Positions 18,344-28,077 of a stretch of 45,324 nt of DNA are shown here, in pieces (the stretch's first letter is position 1; the number at the start of each line of letters is the position of its first letter). A program made the position numbers and the translations under genes. Source of the DNA: an uncultured Rubrivivax sp. (GTDB lineage Bacteria > Pseudomonadota > Gammaproteobacteria > Burkholderiales > Burkholderiaceae_C); contig CAZQPN010000001.1 in the NCBI GenBank assembly GCA_964595215.1, forward strand, positions 1 through 45,324. The letters run 5' to 3'. Under the pieces are notes generated by a model that was not told the origin of the DNA, made no database searches, and saw only the letters and a list, made by a program, of their open reading frames with translations.

Positions 18344-20134
18344 ATGCTTCAGCTCAACGCCGAGCAGGCCGACCGCCTGCGCGCCCTCAAGCTCGAGCGC
18401 GACATCGCGACGCTTTCGCAGGCGCTGGCGCGGGGTTTTCCCGACGTTGCCGGCCGCGCCGGCGAGCGCTACCCGCTGCTCATCCGCCATGGTGTCCAGC
18501 ACGCCGCGCGCCACGGCCTTACGCACATGCTATGCGCGGCCCGCTACATCGCCTGCTGGTTCGCGCTCGGGGCCGAGTTCGAGACCAAGCCGGCCCATCG
18601 CTGGGCCCAGGACATCCTGAGCGCACCGAGCCGCAGCCAGGGCGGCCGCGTGTTTCAGCTCTGCCGCCGCACGAGCGAGACGCTCTCTAGGCTGGCGGCC
18701 CAGGGCCCGGCCGGCGGGGCCGCGATGCCCGCGTCAGCCTTCGACGGCGCAGTGGCCGGGCTCGACGCCGCGCTCCAGGACCGCGGACCGATTGGCACAC
18801 TGGTGCCCGGCGGCCGGGTGCAGCTCGGCGTCGCCTGCGACCTCGACGCCGTCGAGTTCAAGCTCGAAGCCAGCAGCGGACCGCTCCGGTACAGGCGCGT
18901 CCAGGGCCAGTGGCAGCGCCTGCCGGGTGCAGCCGAACGTCTACCGGTGCTGCTGACGGCATCCGCCACGGGAGCGGCAGGCGACGCCGACGGTGCTGCC
19001 CCTCCTCTGGGCCTGCCGGCGCAGCTGTTCGCGCTCGCCACGGCCGACGGTGGGGAGCCCGCTCGGCTGCGGCTGCGCATCCGTGCCGACGCCTGCTGCG
19101 ACCCCGCCGTTCACCCGCGGGTCAACCTCGTCGGTCCGCAAGGCGTCGGCGAATGGCGCGGGCAGGCCACGCGCGACCTGAAGCTCGATCTGCGTGCCGA
19201 TGCACCGCCGGTGCCGCCCGGTGCCGACGTGACGCCGGTGATCGGCGCCGAGAGCGCTCCCAGGCACCACCTCGTGTCGCTCGGCAGCTGCGGGCTGCGC
19301 GACGGCGGGCGTCCGCTCGGGGAGCTGCAGACCCAGATCGTCGTCCATCCCTCGGACCAGCACCTGATGCGCTGGCACCGCGAGCCCGGGCCGCCGATGA
19401 GCTGGCCATCGGCGCACGGCGAGCCGGTCGCCCCGCCCTCGCGCGTGCACCTCGAGCGCGACGGCGTTGCGCTCGAGGCGACGCGCTGGCGGCTGGGCCT
19501 CGAGGATCTGGACCGCCGGCTGGTGCGAGGCCTTGCCCGCCTGGCGACGGCATGGGAGCGCGAGAGCGGCGTCACCGACGGTCGGCTGGAGGCCGAGCCC
19601 AGCCTGCTGGCCGGCGACGCGAGCGTCACCTGGGGCTGGGCCGAAGGGGCGCGGGGGCTGGCGTCGCCGCCGATCCACCGGATCGCCGGCGCGCTCGAGC
19701 TGGTGGCCTGCAGGTTGAACCTCCGCCTGGTCGGCCAGCTCGCGCTCGACGGCTCGACGAGCCGGCTGGCACTGCATTGTGCCGCCTCGGAGTCCCTCGT
19801 CGTCGACTGGGACCGCACGGGTGCCGATGCCGACCTGGCAGCGCTGATGGCACCTGCGCAGGCGAACTTCCGTCAACCGTTCGTGCTGGTCGTCGATTCG
19901 CTCGCCGCCGACACACTTGGCGTGGTGGATGCACTCGCGCCGATCGCCGGCGCCCTCGTGGGCAGCTGCGGCCTGCGTGCCCGCGCCGACGGGCTGGGAT
20001 GGCAATGGTTCGTCAAGCTGCGCATCGAGCCGGTTCAGGCCGTGCTGCTGTGGCACGACCCCCTGCTCGGCACGCGCGAGATGCTGCGCCCGCTGCTGCC
20101 CGACATGGACCTCGTCGACTGGAGCCTGGGCTGA
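18344..20134 (+). CDS. Hypothetical protein (596 aa), candidate VgrG/DUF4123-associated cargo or structural accessory
   Basis: ATG 5 nt after the DUF4123 stop; GC-ending codons; TGATG coupling to the next gene; no recognised catalytic motif. Confidence 0.8.
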   Translation: MLQLNAEQADRLRALKLERDIATLSQALARGFPDVAGRAGERYPLLIRHGVQHAARHGLTHMLCAARYIACWFALGAEFETKPAHRWAQDILSAPSRSQGGRVFQLCRRTSETLSRLAAQGPAGGAAMPASAFDGAVAGLDAALQDRGPIGTLVPGGRVQLGVACDLDAVEFKLEASSGPLRYRRVQGQWQRLPGAAERLPVLLTASATGAAGDADGAAPPLGLPAQLFALATADGGEPARLRLRIRADACCDPAVHPRVNLVGPQGVGEWRGQATRDLKLDLRADAPPVPPGADVTPVIGAESAPRHHLVSLGSCGLRDGGRPLGELQTQIVVHPSDQHLMRWHREPGPPMSWPSAHGEPVAPPSRVHLERDGVALEATRWRLGLEDLDRRLVRGLARLATAWERESGVTDGRLEAEPSLLAGDASVTWGWAEGARGLASPPIHRIAGALELVACRLNLRLVGQLALDGSTSRLALHCAASESLVVDWDRTGADADLAALMAPAQANFRQPFVLVVDSLAADTLGVVDALAPIAGALVGSCGLRARADGLGWQWFVKLRIEPVQAVLLWHDPLLGTREMLRPLLPDMDLVDWSLG

Positions 20135-20943
20135 TGGAGCGGCTGCTCGTCGTCAGGCTCGACGTGCGCGACTGCGAGGCCGAGGTGCGGCTGAACGGCA
20201 TCGTGCTGGCGCGCGCCGACGCGGCACGGCCGCGCGCCATCGTGCCGGTGCACGAGTACACGATCGCCGGTGCCAACCGTCTGGAGCTGGTGCTCTGGCC
20301 ACCCTGGCCGACGCCGCCGGGCGAGGCCGCCGAAGCACAGGTGCCAGGCACGCCGAACGGCAACGCCGCAGCCCAGGCGCGCATCCTGCTGCCGCGCATC
20401 GGGGCGACCATCGACGCCGCGGTGGCGCGCACGCTGGCCCAGCTCGACTGGGCCCCGGCTGCCGGCGTGGCCTACACGGCACCGCACGTGATCGCCAAGG
20501 AGGTCTCGCTGCCCGTCAGCTTCCCGCGCTGGCGCTGGCTGGACGCACCACGTGCAGACGCGACGACGGCACTGCACAGCCAGTGCCTGGCCTTGCTGCA
20601 ATCGTTTGCCCAGGCCTTGTCGGCCGGCGATCCGGAGCCCTTCTTGGCGGCGACGCGGCTGCGAACCGAGGAGATCGCGACCGCCTACCAGAGGCGACCG
20701 GAAGAAGAGCTCGTGCGGCTGCGCGCCCACCTGTCGCCGCGGCAGTCGTCAGCCAGGGCGATGTGGGTGCTGCCAGCCGCAGCGGATTTCGCGCTGCGGG
20801 CGGTGGCCGACGGCCGCCTGCTCGAGTGTGTCGACGGCGCCGGTCGGCCTGCGCTCGGCACCGAACCCGACGAGCGCGGCGAAGTCACTCGGCTGCCAAT
20901 GCGGCTGGCCGTGTCCGAAGGCCGGATCTATGTCCTGCGCTGA
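20134..20943 (+). CDS. Hypothetical protein (269 aa)
   Basis: ATG overlaps the upstream TGA; MERLLVVRLDVRDCEAEVRLNGI...; no signal peptide; C-terminal part of track ORF 18910..20943. Confidence 0.8.
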   Translation: MERLLVVRLDVRDCEAEVRLNGIVLARADAARPRAIVPVHEYTIAGANRLELVLWPPWPTPPGEAAEAQVPGTPNGNAAAQARILLPRIGATIDAAVARTLAQLDWAPAAGVAYTAPHVIAKEVSLPVSFPRWRWLDAPRADATTALHSQCLALLQSFAQALSAGDPEPFLAATRLRTEEIATAYQRRPEEELVRLRAHLSPRQSSARAMWVLPAAADFALRAVADGRLLECVDGAGRPALGTEPDERGEVTRLPMRLAVSEGRIYVLR

Positions 20944-20970
20944 ACAGCGAGCGCCCGCGATGGGCCGCGC

Positions 20971-22020
20971 TCAGGCCGCCAGGCCCGGGACCAGCGCCAG
21001 CGGGCAGGGCCGGCCGCAACTGCCAGGCGGCAGAAGCAGCGGCGCGTGGGCCGTCAGCCGCATCATCACCGACAGCCGCGCGGCCGGCAGCAGGCTCGTG
21101 CTCGCTGCGGCGTGCAGGCCGAGCGTCGACACAGCCGATGCCGAGGCCGCCGCCGACAACTGCGCCGACGCGCGCGCGCTGGCCAGCGCACTGACGTTGA
21201 GGCTCGCCAGTGCGGCCAGCGGCAGGGCGTGCAGCGAGGCGCGCAGGCTCACGAGCGCGCGCGGCGCCAGCAGGTTCACCCCGAGGGCCGAGCGGATCAT
21301 CGCCAGCGCCGCCAGCAGCGCGGCGAGCAGCGACAGCGCATTGAAGTTGACCGTCAGTGCCGGCAGGCGCTGCGTCCAGCCGGACATGGCGTTCATCGAC
21401 GCCGTGAGTGCGACCGCGCCCTGCGGCGTGGCAGGAAAGCCGAGTGCCGCCATCGCCGCGCCGACCATCGACAGCGAGGCGGTGGCCGATGCCTGCGCCG
21501 ACGCCGTGGCCGACGCGCTGGCCCGCGCCGAGGCACTGAGCCTGGCCTGCAGCGCGGGCACCGCGCCACTGGCGCGCAGGTTCAAGCCGAAGGCCGCCCG
21601 GACCGACGACACCAGGCCGGCGATCGACAGCAGGTTGGCCAGCGCCCGCAGCAGTTCCGCCAGGTTCGGCCGCCCCGGGTTCAGGATCGCCCCGTTGGCG
21701 TTCATCGAGTTGATCTGCGCCGCCAGGCTGGCCTGCAGGCTGGCCATGGCCATCGGCGGCACGGGCGCGGCGAGGTTGATCCCGGCCGCGGCGCGAACGG
21801 CGGCCGAGAGGTTGGCCATCGTCGCCAGATTGGCCATCAAGGCGGCATCCGCCTTCGCCAGCGGCGGCATCGGCAGGGCTGCAGGCGTGCCCACCACCAT
21901 TGCGGCGCTGATCGCTGGCAACAGGTTCGGCGGCAGTGGCGGCACCAGCCCGCTCAGCGGCGGAATCGACGGCAACGAGTTCAGCAGCGACTGCAGCTCC
22001 TGCGAACACAGGCAGACCAT
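20971..22020 (-). CDS. Ala/Leu/Ser-rich hydrophobic repeat protein of unknown function (349 aa), antisense within the T6SS cluster
   Basis: GGGAG precedes ATG 22020; strongly G/C third positions; fills the gap between 20943 and fha; internal repeats. Confidence 0.75.
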   Translation of the reverse strand: MVCLCSQELQSLLNSLPSIPPLSGLVPPLPPNLLPAISAAMVVGTPAALPMPPLAKADAALMANLATMANLSAAVRAAAGINLAAPVPPMAMASLQASLAAQINSMNANGAILNPGRPNLAELLRALANLLSIAGLVSSVRAAFGLNLRASGAVPALQARLSASARASASATASAQASATASLSMVGAAMAALGFPATPQGAVALTASMNAMSGWTQRLPALTVNFNALSLLAALLAALAMIRSALGVNLLAPRALVSLRASLHALPLAALASLNVSALASARASAQLSAAASASAVSTLGLHAAASTSLLPAARLSVMMRLTAHAPLLLPPGSCGRPCPLALVPGLAA

Positions 22021-22356
22021 GACGGCTCCCGCCTCGCGAGTGAGGCCTGTGTTCGATGATAGCGGCGCGGGTTGGCACCGTGCCGCGTGGCGCGTCGCCG
22101 ATCGATGCGTGGCCTCCCCGGGAAGACGGCATGTCCGGTCTTCGGTCCGGGGGGTATGCTCGAATGCTGCGTGCCGATCGTGTGCCGACGGTCGCGCGGC
22201 GGGTCGAACGTGGACTGAACGCACCGACCGACGAGCGGCCCGCCGGAGTGCCGTCCGTGCACCAGGCCACAACGTGGGCCGCGACACGCGGCCATGGCCG
22301 ACCTCGCAGGCGCTCTTTCGTCATCCAATCGACGCCTTCACACTCGCCCCTCTGCC

Positions 22357-24078
22357 GTGATCACCCTCAGCGTCGTCACCTTCAACAGCCAGACTGCCGA
22401 CGGAGCGCTCAGCGCGAGCTTCGACGAACTCGGTGGCAGCATCGGTCGTGCAGACACGAACCACCTGGTGCTGCCGGACCCGGACCGCACGATCTCGCGC
22501 GTCGCGGCGCAGGTCGTGTATCGCAACGGCAGTTACGCGATCATCGACCGCGGCAGCAACCCCATCATGGTCAACGGCCAACCCGTGGGCAGTGGGCGCG
22601 AAGTGCCCCTGCGGGCCGGGGACCAGGTGCGCATTGGTGGCTACGAACTCGCAGTCGGGGAGGCGGTCGCCGCCACGCGCGCCGCCACCGCCGACCCCTT
22701 CGCCGATCTGCTCGGGCCGCTGTCGGGGGCACCGTCGGTCGCCGGAGGCCTGTTCGATCCGCTCGCCCATGCCGGCACGCCGGCACCGTCCAGGCCGGCT
22801 TCGGCGCCGCCCCCTGCGCCACTGGCGTCATCCGCGCCGGCGGGCGGCATCCCGGACGACTGGGATCCATTCGCGCCCGACACGCCGGCCCGGGGTTCGC
22901 GGCCGGGCAGTCCGGCCGCAGGATCGGACCGGCTCGGCCTGGACCTCGGCGCCGCTGCACCGGCGCCGTTGATCGACGGTCTCGGGCTGCCCTCGGCCGA
23001 TCCGGGCTCGTTGGACGAGCTGTTCGGCCTCGGCCCGGGCCAGGCGGGCGGCGATCCGCTGGCCCGGTCGGTGCTCGACGCCCCGGCCGCACTGCCGAAC
23101 ATGGGTGCCGACAGTGACCCGTTGCGCTCGCTCGAGCGTGCGCCGCGCGCCGTGGCGGCATCCGAGTCCGACCAGGTGTCGGACCTTAACCGGCCCTTCG
23201 TCCCGCCGAAGGCAGCTCGGCAGGCCGCACCGCAGGGGGCGGTGATGTCGTGGGACAGCGGCGGCGAGGTCTCGCACACGGTGATCCGCAGCCCGCGCAC
23301 GCCGTCGGCGGCGGCGCCGCCACCGGGCATGCCTCACCCGTCGGCCATGCCACCCGACGCCCCGGTGGGGCCAGCGCCCGCCACGGCAGCGCCCGAACGA
23401 TCGGCGGCGGTGTCGGCGGTCGCGCAGGCACCCGCGAACGGCGAGGCGTCGCCCCGCCCGCCGACGCCACAGGATGCCGACGCGCGCGCGCTGCTCGAGG
23501 CCCTGTGCCGCGGCCTGCAGACGCCGAACCTGCAACTGCACGCGCTGACCCCGGGGTTGATGGAGCTCGTCGGTCAGTTGCTGCACGAGGCCACCGCCGG
23601 CACCGTCGACCTCCTCGCCGCGCGCGCCACCTTCAAGCGCGAACTGCGCGCGCAGGCGACGACGATCGTGCCGCGCAACAACAACCCGCTGAAATTCTCG
23701 CCCAGCGCCGAGGTCGCGCTGCAGCACCTGCTGTCACCGCCGGCACGCGGCTTCATGGGCGCGGCGCCGGCCATGCGCGACGCCTACAACGACCTGCGTG
23801 CGCACCAGATCGGCTTCGTCGCCGGACTGCAGGCGGCGCTCGACGGCGTGCTGGGGCGATTCGACCCGGCCGAGCTCGAGAAGCGCCTGACGGAGCGCTC
23901 GGTGCTGCACAGCGTGCTGCCGGCCAGCCGGAAGGCGCGCATGTGGGAGGTGTTCGTCGAGCACTACGGCCGCATCCGGGCCGAGGCCAGCGACGATTTC
24001 CAGACCCTGTTCGGCGCCGCTTTCCTGAAGGCGTACGAGGACCAGATCGACAAGTTCCACGAGGAGCCGAAGACGTGA
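22357..24078 (+). CDS. tagH: T6SS-associated FHA domain protein Fha/TagH
   Basis: FHA motifs SIGR, LPDPDRTISR and DRGSNP; Pro/Ala linker; C-terminal NNPLKF, DLRAHQ, FGAAFLKAYE. The start is GTG 22357 or ATG 22294. Confidence 0.95.
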   Translation: MITLSVVTFNSQTADGALSASFDELGGSIGRADTNHLVLPDPDRTISRVAAQVVYRNGSYAIIDRGSNPIMVNGQPVGSGREVPLRAGDQVRIGGYELAVGEAVAATRAATADPFADLLGPLSGAPSVAGGLFDPLAHAGTPAPSRPASAPPPAPLASSAPAGGIPDDWDPFAPDTPARGSRPGSPAAGSDRLGLDLGAAAPAPLIDGLGLPSADPGSLDELFGLGPGQAGGDPLARSVLDAPAALPNMGADSDPLRSLERAPRAVAASESDQVSDLNRPFVPPKAARQAAPQGAVMSWDSGGEVSHTVIRSPRTPSAAAPPPGMPHPSAMPPDAPVGPAPATAAPERSAAVSAVAQAPANGEASPRPPTPQDADARALLEALCRGLQTPNLQLHALTPGLMELVGQLLHEATAGTVDLLAARATFKRELRAQATTIVPRNNNPLKFSPSAEVALQHLLSPPARGFMGAAPAMRDAYNDLRAHQIGFVAGLQAALDGVLGRFDPAELEKRLTERSVLHSVLPASRKARMWEVFVEHYGRIRAEASDDFQTLFGAAFLKAYEDQIDKFHEEPKT

Positions 24079-24875
24079 TGGCAGGCCCGTCCGCCGTCGG
24101 CGACGACGGGCCGTCGGCGCCGGAGGTCGAGCTCGCCATCATCTCGCGCACCGGCGGGCGGCAGCGCAACGAGGACGCCTGTGGGCATTGGCACTCCGAC
24201 ACGCGGCTGTGCTGCGTCGTGTCCGACGGTGCCGGCGGCATGGGTGCCGGCGACGTTGCGTCCAAGCTGGTCGTGCGCCACATCATCGAGCAGGCCTCGC
24301 TGTCGCCGCTGACCCGCATCGACGAGGTGCACGACCTCATCGTCGACAGCAACGTGCAGTTGCGCCGGCACCAGCAGCAGGCGCCCGAGTACGAGACCAT
24401 GCACGCAACGGTCGTCGCGTTGTTCGTCGACCTGGCGCGGGGCGAGGCACTGTGGGGCCATGCGGGCGACTCGCGGCTGTACCTGTTCCGCGGCGAACAG
24501 ATGCTGGCCCACACGCGGGACCACAGCACCGTGCAGTCCCTGGTCGACGCTGGCGTGCTGGCGCCGGGGCAGTTGCGCTCGCACCCCAAGCGCAGCGAGC
24601 TGCAGTCGGCGCTCGGCACAGCACCGGAACAGCTCATGGTGAGCACGGCCACGCGTCCGTGGGCGGTCCAGTCTGGAGACGCCTTCCTGCTGTGCACGGA
24701 CGGCCTGTGGGAGCATGTCGACGAGGCCGAGATGTCGGCCAGCCTGGCGCGTTCCAGCGGCCCGCAGGACTGGCTGGCCAGGCTCGAGCAGCTCGTGCTG
24801 AGGCACGCCCAGGCGCGCGGCGACACATCGCACGACAATTTCAGCGCCATCGGCGTCTGGTTCGGCGGCAGGTAG
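24078..24875 (+). CDS. pppA: PP2C-family Ser/Thr phosphatase PppA
   Basis: GGRQRNED, VSDGAGG, HAGDSRLY, LCTDGLW, HDNFS; TGATG coupling to fha. Confidence 0.93.
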   Translation: MAGPSAVGDDGPSAPEVELAIISRTGGRQRNEDACGHWHSDTRLCCVVSDGAGGMGAGDVASKLVVRHIIEQASLSPLTRIDEVHDLIVDSNVQLRRHQQQAPEYETMHATVVALFVDLARGEALWGHAGDSRLYLFRGEQMLAHTRDHSTVQSLVDAGVLAPGQLRSHPKRSELQSALGTAPEQLMVSTATRPWAVQSGDAFLLCTDGLWEHVDEAEMSASLARSSGPQDWLARLEQLVLRHAQARGDTSHDNFSAIGVWFGGR

Positions 24876-24883
24876 GTCAATCC

Positions 24884-25270
24884 ATGCCCAAGCAGGTCTG
24901 TACGGGAGCACAGCTGCAATGCAGCTTCGGCGTCGCGCCGTCGGTCTTCAACGCGACGCCACGTCCGGTGATGACCAGCAACATGCCCGCCGGGACCATC
25001 ATGGACAACATCCCGATGACCAACATCATGCCGTTCGGCATGTGCACGTCGCCGTCCAACCCGCAGGTGATCGCCGCCACTGCGGCAGCACTGGGCGTCT
25101 TCACGCCCATGCCCTGCGTGCCGGTGACGCCGGCACCCTGGGTGCCCGGCGCCGTCAACGTGCTGATCACGAACCAGCCTGCGCTGGACAACACCTGCAA
25201 GCTGATGTGCACATGGGCCGGCGTCATCTCGGTGGCGATGCCCGGACAGTTCACGCACGACATCCCCTGA
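24884..25270 (+). CDS. DUF4280 PAAR-like spike-tip protein
   Basis: VCTGAQLQCSFG, NIMPFGMCTSPSNPQV, PMPCVP, W.PG, LMCTWAGVI. Confidence 0.93.
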   Translation: MPKQVCTGAQLQCSFGVAPSVFNATPRPVMTSNMPAGTIMDNIPMTNIMPFGMCTSPSNPQVIAATAAALGVFTPMPCVPVTPAPWVPGAVNVLITNQPALDNTCKLMCTWAGVISVAMPGQFTHDIP

Positions 25271-25286
25271 TTGAGCCGAACCACCC

Positions 25287-26624
25287 ATGACCTGGACGAA
25301 CAAGGTGATCTGGACGGAGGGCATGTTCCTCCAGCCGCAGCATTTCCAGCAGCAGGACCGCTTCCACGCACAACAGGCGAACGCGCGCCACGGCGCGGCG
25401 GTGGCCTACGGCTGGGGCTTGCTGTCCCTGACCATCGACAGCGCGGCGCTCACGCTGGGCAAGATCGCGATCAATGCCGCCCGCGGCGTGACGCCCGACG
25501 GCCTGTCGTTCGACATCCCGAGCCAGGACCCGGCGCCCGCCGCGCTCGACGTGCCGGCCGACGTGCGCAACGAACTCATCGTGCTGGCGCTGGCGATGCC
25601 GCGCCCCGGCGTGGCCGAGACCGATGCCGAAGCCGACGCGGCCTCGATGGCGCCGCGCTTCCTGGCCGCCGAGGTCGACGTCGGCGACAGCAACGTCACC
25701 GGGCAGCGGCTGGCACCGCTGCAGGTGGGCCGGCCCAACCTGCGCATCATGCGCGAGCGCGACGCGGGCGAGGGCTACGTCACGCTCGGCCTGTGCCGCG
25801 TCGTCGAGCGTCTGGCCGACAACCGCGTCGTGCTCGACCCGACCTATATCCCGCCGACGCTCGACTGCGCCGGCAGCGCCGTGCTCGCCTCCCATCTCCG
25901 CGAGCTCCATGGTCTGCTGCACCAGCGCGGCGACGCACTCGCCGCGCGGCTGGCCGTGCCGGGCCGGGCAGGGGTCGGGGAAATCGCCGACTTCCTGCTG
26001 CTCGAGACCGTCAACCGGCACGAGCCGCTCGTCGCCCAGCTGCGCCAGACCTCGCTGCTGCACCCGAAGGACTTCTACTTCCTCGGCTGCACGCTCGCCG
26101 GCGACCTGTCCACCTTCCGCGACAAGCGGCGTCCGGCCAGCTTCCCGGCCTACTTGCACGACGACCCCGCGAGCTGCTTCAAGCCGCTGATGGACGATCT
26201 GCGCCAGTCGTTGTCGATGGTCATGGAGCAGACGGCGATCCCGATCGAACTGCAGCAGCGCAGCTATGGCGTGCGCGTGGCGATCATCCCGGACGTCGAG
26301 CTGCAGCGAAGCGCGCAGTTCGTGCTCGCCGTCGGATCGCAGCTGCCGGGAGACGCATTGAGGGCGCGCTTCCCGACGCAGGTGAAGATCGGCACCGTCG
26401 AGCGCATCCGTGACCTCGTCAACCTTCAGCTGCCGGGTGTCACGCTGCGGCCGCTGCCGGTCGCGCCGCGCCAGATCCCGTACCACGCCGGCCTGACCTA
26501 CTTCGAGCTCGAGACACGCGGCAACGAGATGTGGAAGCAGCTCGAGACCTCGGGCGGTCTGGCCATGCACGTCGCCGGGGACTTCCCCGGGCTGGAGATG
26601 GAGTTCTGGGCCGTCCGCCCCTGA
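25287..26624 (+). CDS. tssK: T6SS baseplate TssK
   Basis: KVIWTEGMFLQPQHFQQQDR, YIPP, LPVAPRQIPYH, LEMEFWAVR. Confidence 0.97.
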   Translation: MTWTNKVIWTEGMFLQPQHFQQQDRFHAQQANARHGAAVAYGWGLLSLTIDSAALTLGKIAINAARGVTPDGLSFDIPSQDPAPAALDVPADVRNELIVLALAMPRPGVAETDAEADAASMAPRFLAAEVDVGDSNVTGQRLAPLQVGRPNLRIMRERDAGEGYVTLGLCRVVERLADNRVVLDPTYIPPTLDCAGSAVLASHLRELHGLLHQRGDALAARLAVPGRAGVGEIADFLLLETVNRHEPLVAQLRQTSLLHPKDFYFLGCTLAGDLSTFRDKRRPASFPAYLHDDPASCFKPLMDDLRQSLSMVMEQTAIPIELQQRSYGVRVAIIPDVELQRSAQFVLAVGSQLPGDALRARFPTQVKIGTVERIRDLVNLQLPGVTLRPLPVAPRQIPYHAGLTYFELETRGNEMWKQLETSGGLAMHVAGDFPGLEMEFWAVRP

Positions 26625-26710
26625 GGCGTGCCCGGCCACGCCGACCCTGCCGCAGGCGCTGCACCCATCGGTCCGCCACATGCAAGACTCACCCCACGAA
26701 TGTCCACACG

Positions 26711-28057
26711 ATGAGCGCTGCCGACGACCCCAATGACCCGTTCGCCGCCTTCGGCAACGATCGCACGGTCATCAAGCCGAGTGCCGGCCGCGCGCCGGGC
26801 GCCGCGCCTGGCCCGGCGCCCGCCGCGCCGATGGCGCCAGCCACCGGTGCAGGCGCCGGCCCTGCCGGTGCGCCGCTGTCGCTCGATGCGATGATGGCCT
26901 CCAGCCTGAACCCGCTGGTGTCGGCCGCCGTACCGCTGCTCGCCGCCGCCCCGCGCGTGCGGCACACGGCTCGGCACCCGAATCCGCCGGCGCTCAAGGA
27001 CGCGCTGGCCGAAGGCGTGCGCAAGTTCGAGGCGCAGGCGCGTGCCCAGGGCCTGCCCAACGAGCAGGTCATCGCGGGCCGCTACATCCTGTGCACCTTC
27101 CTCGACGAGTCGGCCGCCAGTACGCCGTGGGGTGGCTCGGGCGCCTGGTCGGCCAACAGCCTGCTGGTGCTCTTCCACAACGAGACCTGGGGCGGCGAGA
27201 AGGTCTTCCAGCTGATGAGCAAGCTGGCCGAGAACGTCGAGGGCAACCGCAACCTGCTGGAGCTGCTGTACATCGTGCTCGGCCTCGGGTTCGAGGGTCG
27301 CTACCGGGTGATCGACAACGGCCAGGCACAGCTCGACGGCGTGCGCCAGCGCCTGTCGGATCTGCTGCGCCAGGGCCGCAGCGTGGAGAAGTCGCTGTCG
27401 CCACGCTGGGAAGGCGTGCCCGACCGCGGCCAGCGCCTGAGCGACGGGATCCCCGTGTGGGTCATGGCAACCGCCGCCGTCATGCTGCTGGCGCTGGCCT
27501 GGGCCGGCTTCAAGCTCGCCCTGGCGCAGTCGGCCGGGCCGCTGTTCGCCCAGCTGCAAGGGCTGGATGTAAAGAGCGTGCAGGTCACGACACCGCCCCC
27601 ACCGCCACCGCCGGCGGCCAGGCCGCGACTGGTGGTGCTTCTGAAGGACGACATCGCCGCCGGCCGGATCGAGGTCCAGGACCTGGCTGACCGCTCGATC
27701 GTGACGATCAAGGGCGACGGCTTCTTCGAGCCCGGCAGCACCGTCGTGGACAGCCGGGTGCGCAACCTGCTGCCGCACATCGCCGAGGCGCTCACCGCGG
27801 TGCCGGGTCAGGTGCTGATCACCGGCCACACCGACAGCCAGCCGATTCGAACGCTGCGGTTCCCGTCGAACTGGCATCTGTCGCAGGAGCGCGCCGACGT
27901 CGTGCGCGAGGAGCTGGCGCGCACCGTGAAGCCGCAGCGCCTGCGCGCCGAAGGCCGGGCCGACTCGGAGCCGCTGGCCGACAACGGCAGCGCCGACGGC
28001 CGCGCGCGCAACCGCCGCGTGGAGATCACGCTGTATTCGCCGGGCACGGCCGCCTGA
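26711..28057 (+). CDS. tssL: T6SS TssL/DotU fused to an OmpA/MotB peptidoglycan-binding domain
   Basis: RYILCTFLDE, ETWGGEKVF, LGFEGRY, a TM helix, then GHTD...NWHLSQERA...RARNRRVEI. Confidence 0.96.
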   Translation: MSAADDPNDPFAAFGNDRTVIKPSAGRAPGAAPGPAPAAPMAPATGAGAGPAGAPLSLDAMMASSLNPLVSAAVPLLAAAPRVRHTARHPNPPALKDALAEGVRKFEAQARAQGLPNEQVIAGRYILCTFLDESAASTPWGGSGAWSANSLLVLFHNETWGGEKVFQLMSKLAENVEGNRNLLELLYIVLGLGFEGRYRVIDNGQAQLDGVRQRLSDLLRQGRSVEKSLSPRWEGVPDRGQRLSDGIPVWVMATAAVMLLALAWAGFKLALAQSAGPLFAQLQGLDVKSVQVTTPPPPPPPAARPRLVVLLKDDIAAGRIEVQDLADRSIVTIKGDGFFEPGSTVVDSRVRNLLPHIAEALTAVPGQVLITGHTDSQPIRTLRFPSNWHLSQERADVVREELARTVKPQRLRAEGRADSEPLADNGSADGRARNRRVEITLYSPGTAA

Positions 28058-28077
28058 GCGCCCCGGAAGACGACGCC

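Noticed and set aside
20552..22360. 602-aa + ORF and 479-aa - ORF overlapping the Ala/Leu-rich gene
   Set aside because: They overlap neighbouring genes and have shadow-like composition; the 20971-22020 frame has an SD, G/C third positions and coherent repeats.
27591..27615. CCG/CCA-rich run in tssL
   Set aside because: Encodes a poly-Pro periplasmic linker with mixed codons; not a phase-variable tract.
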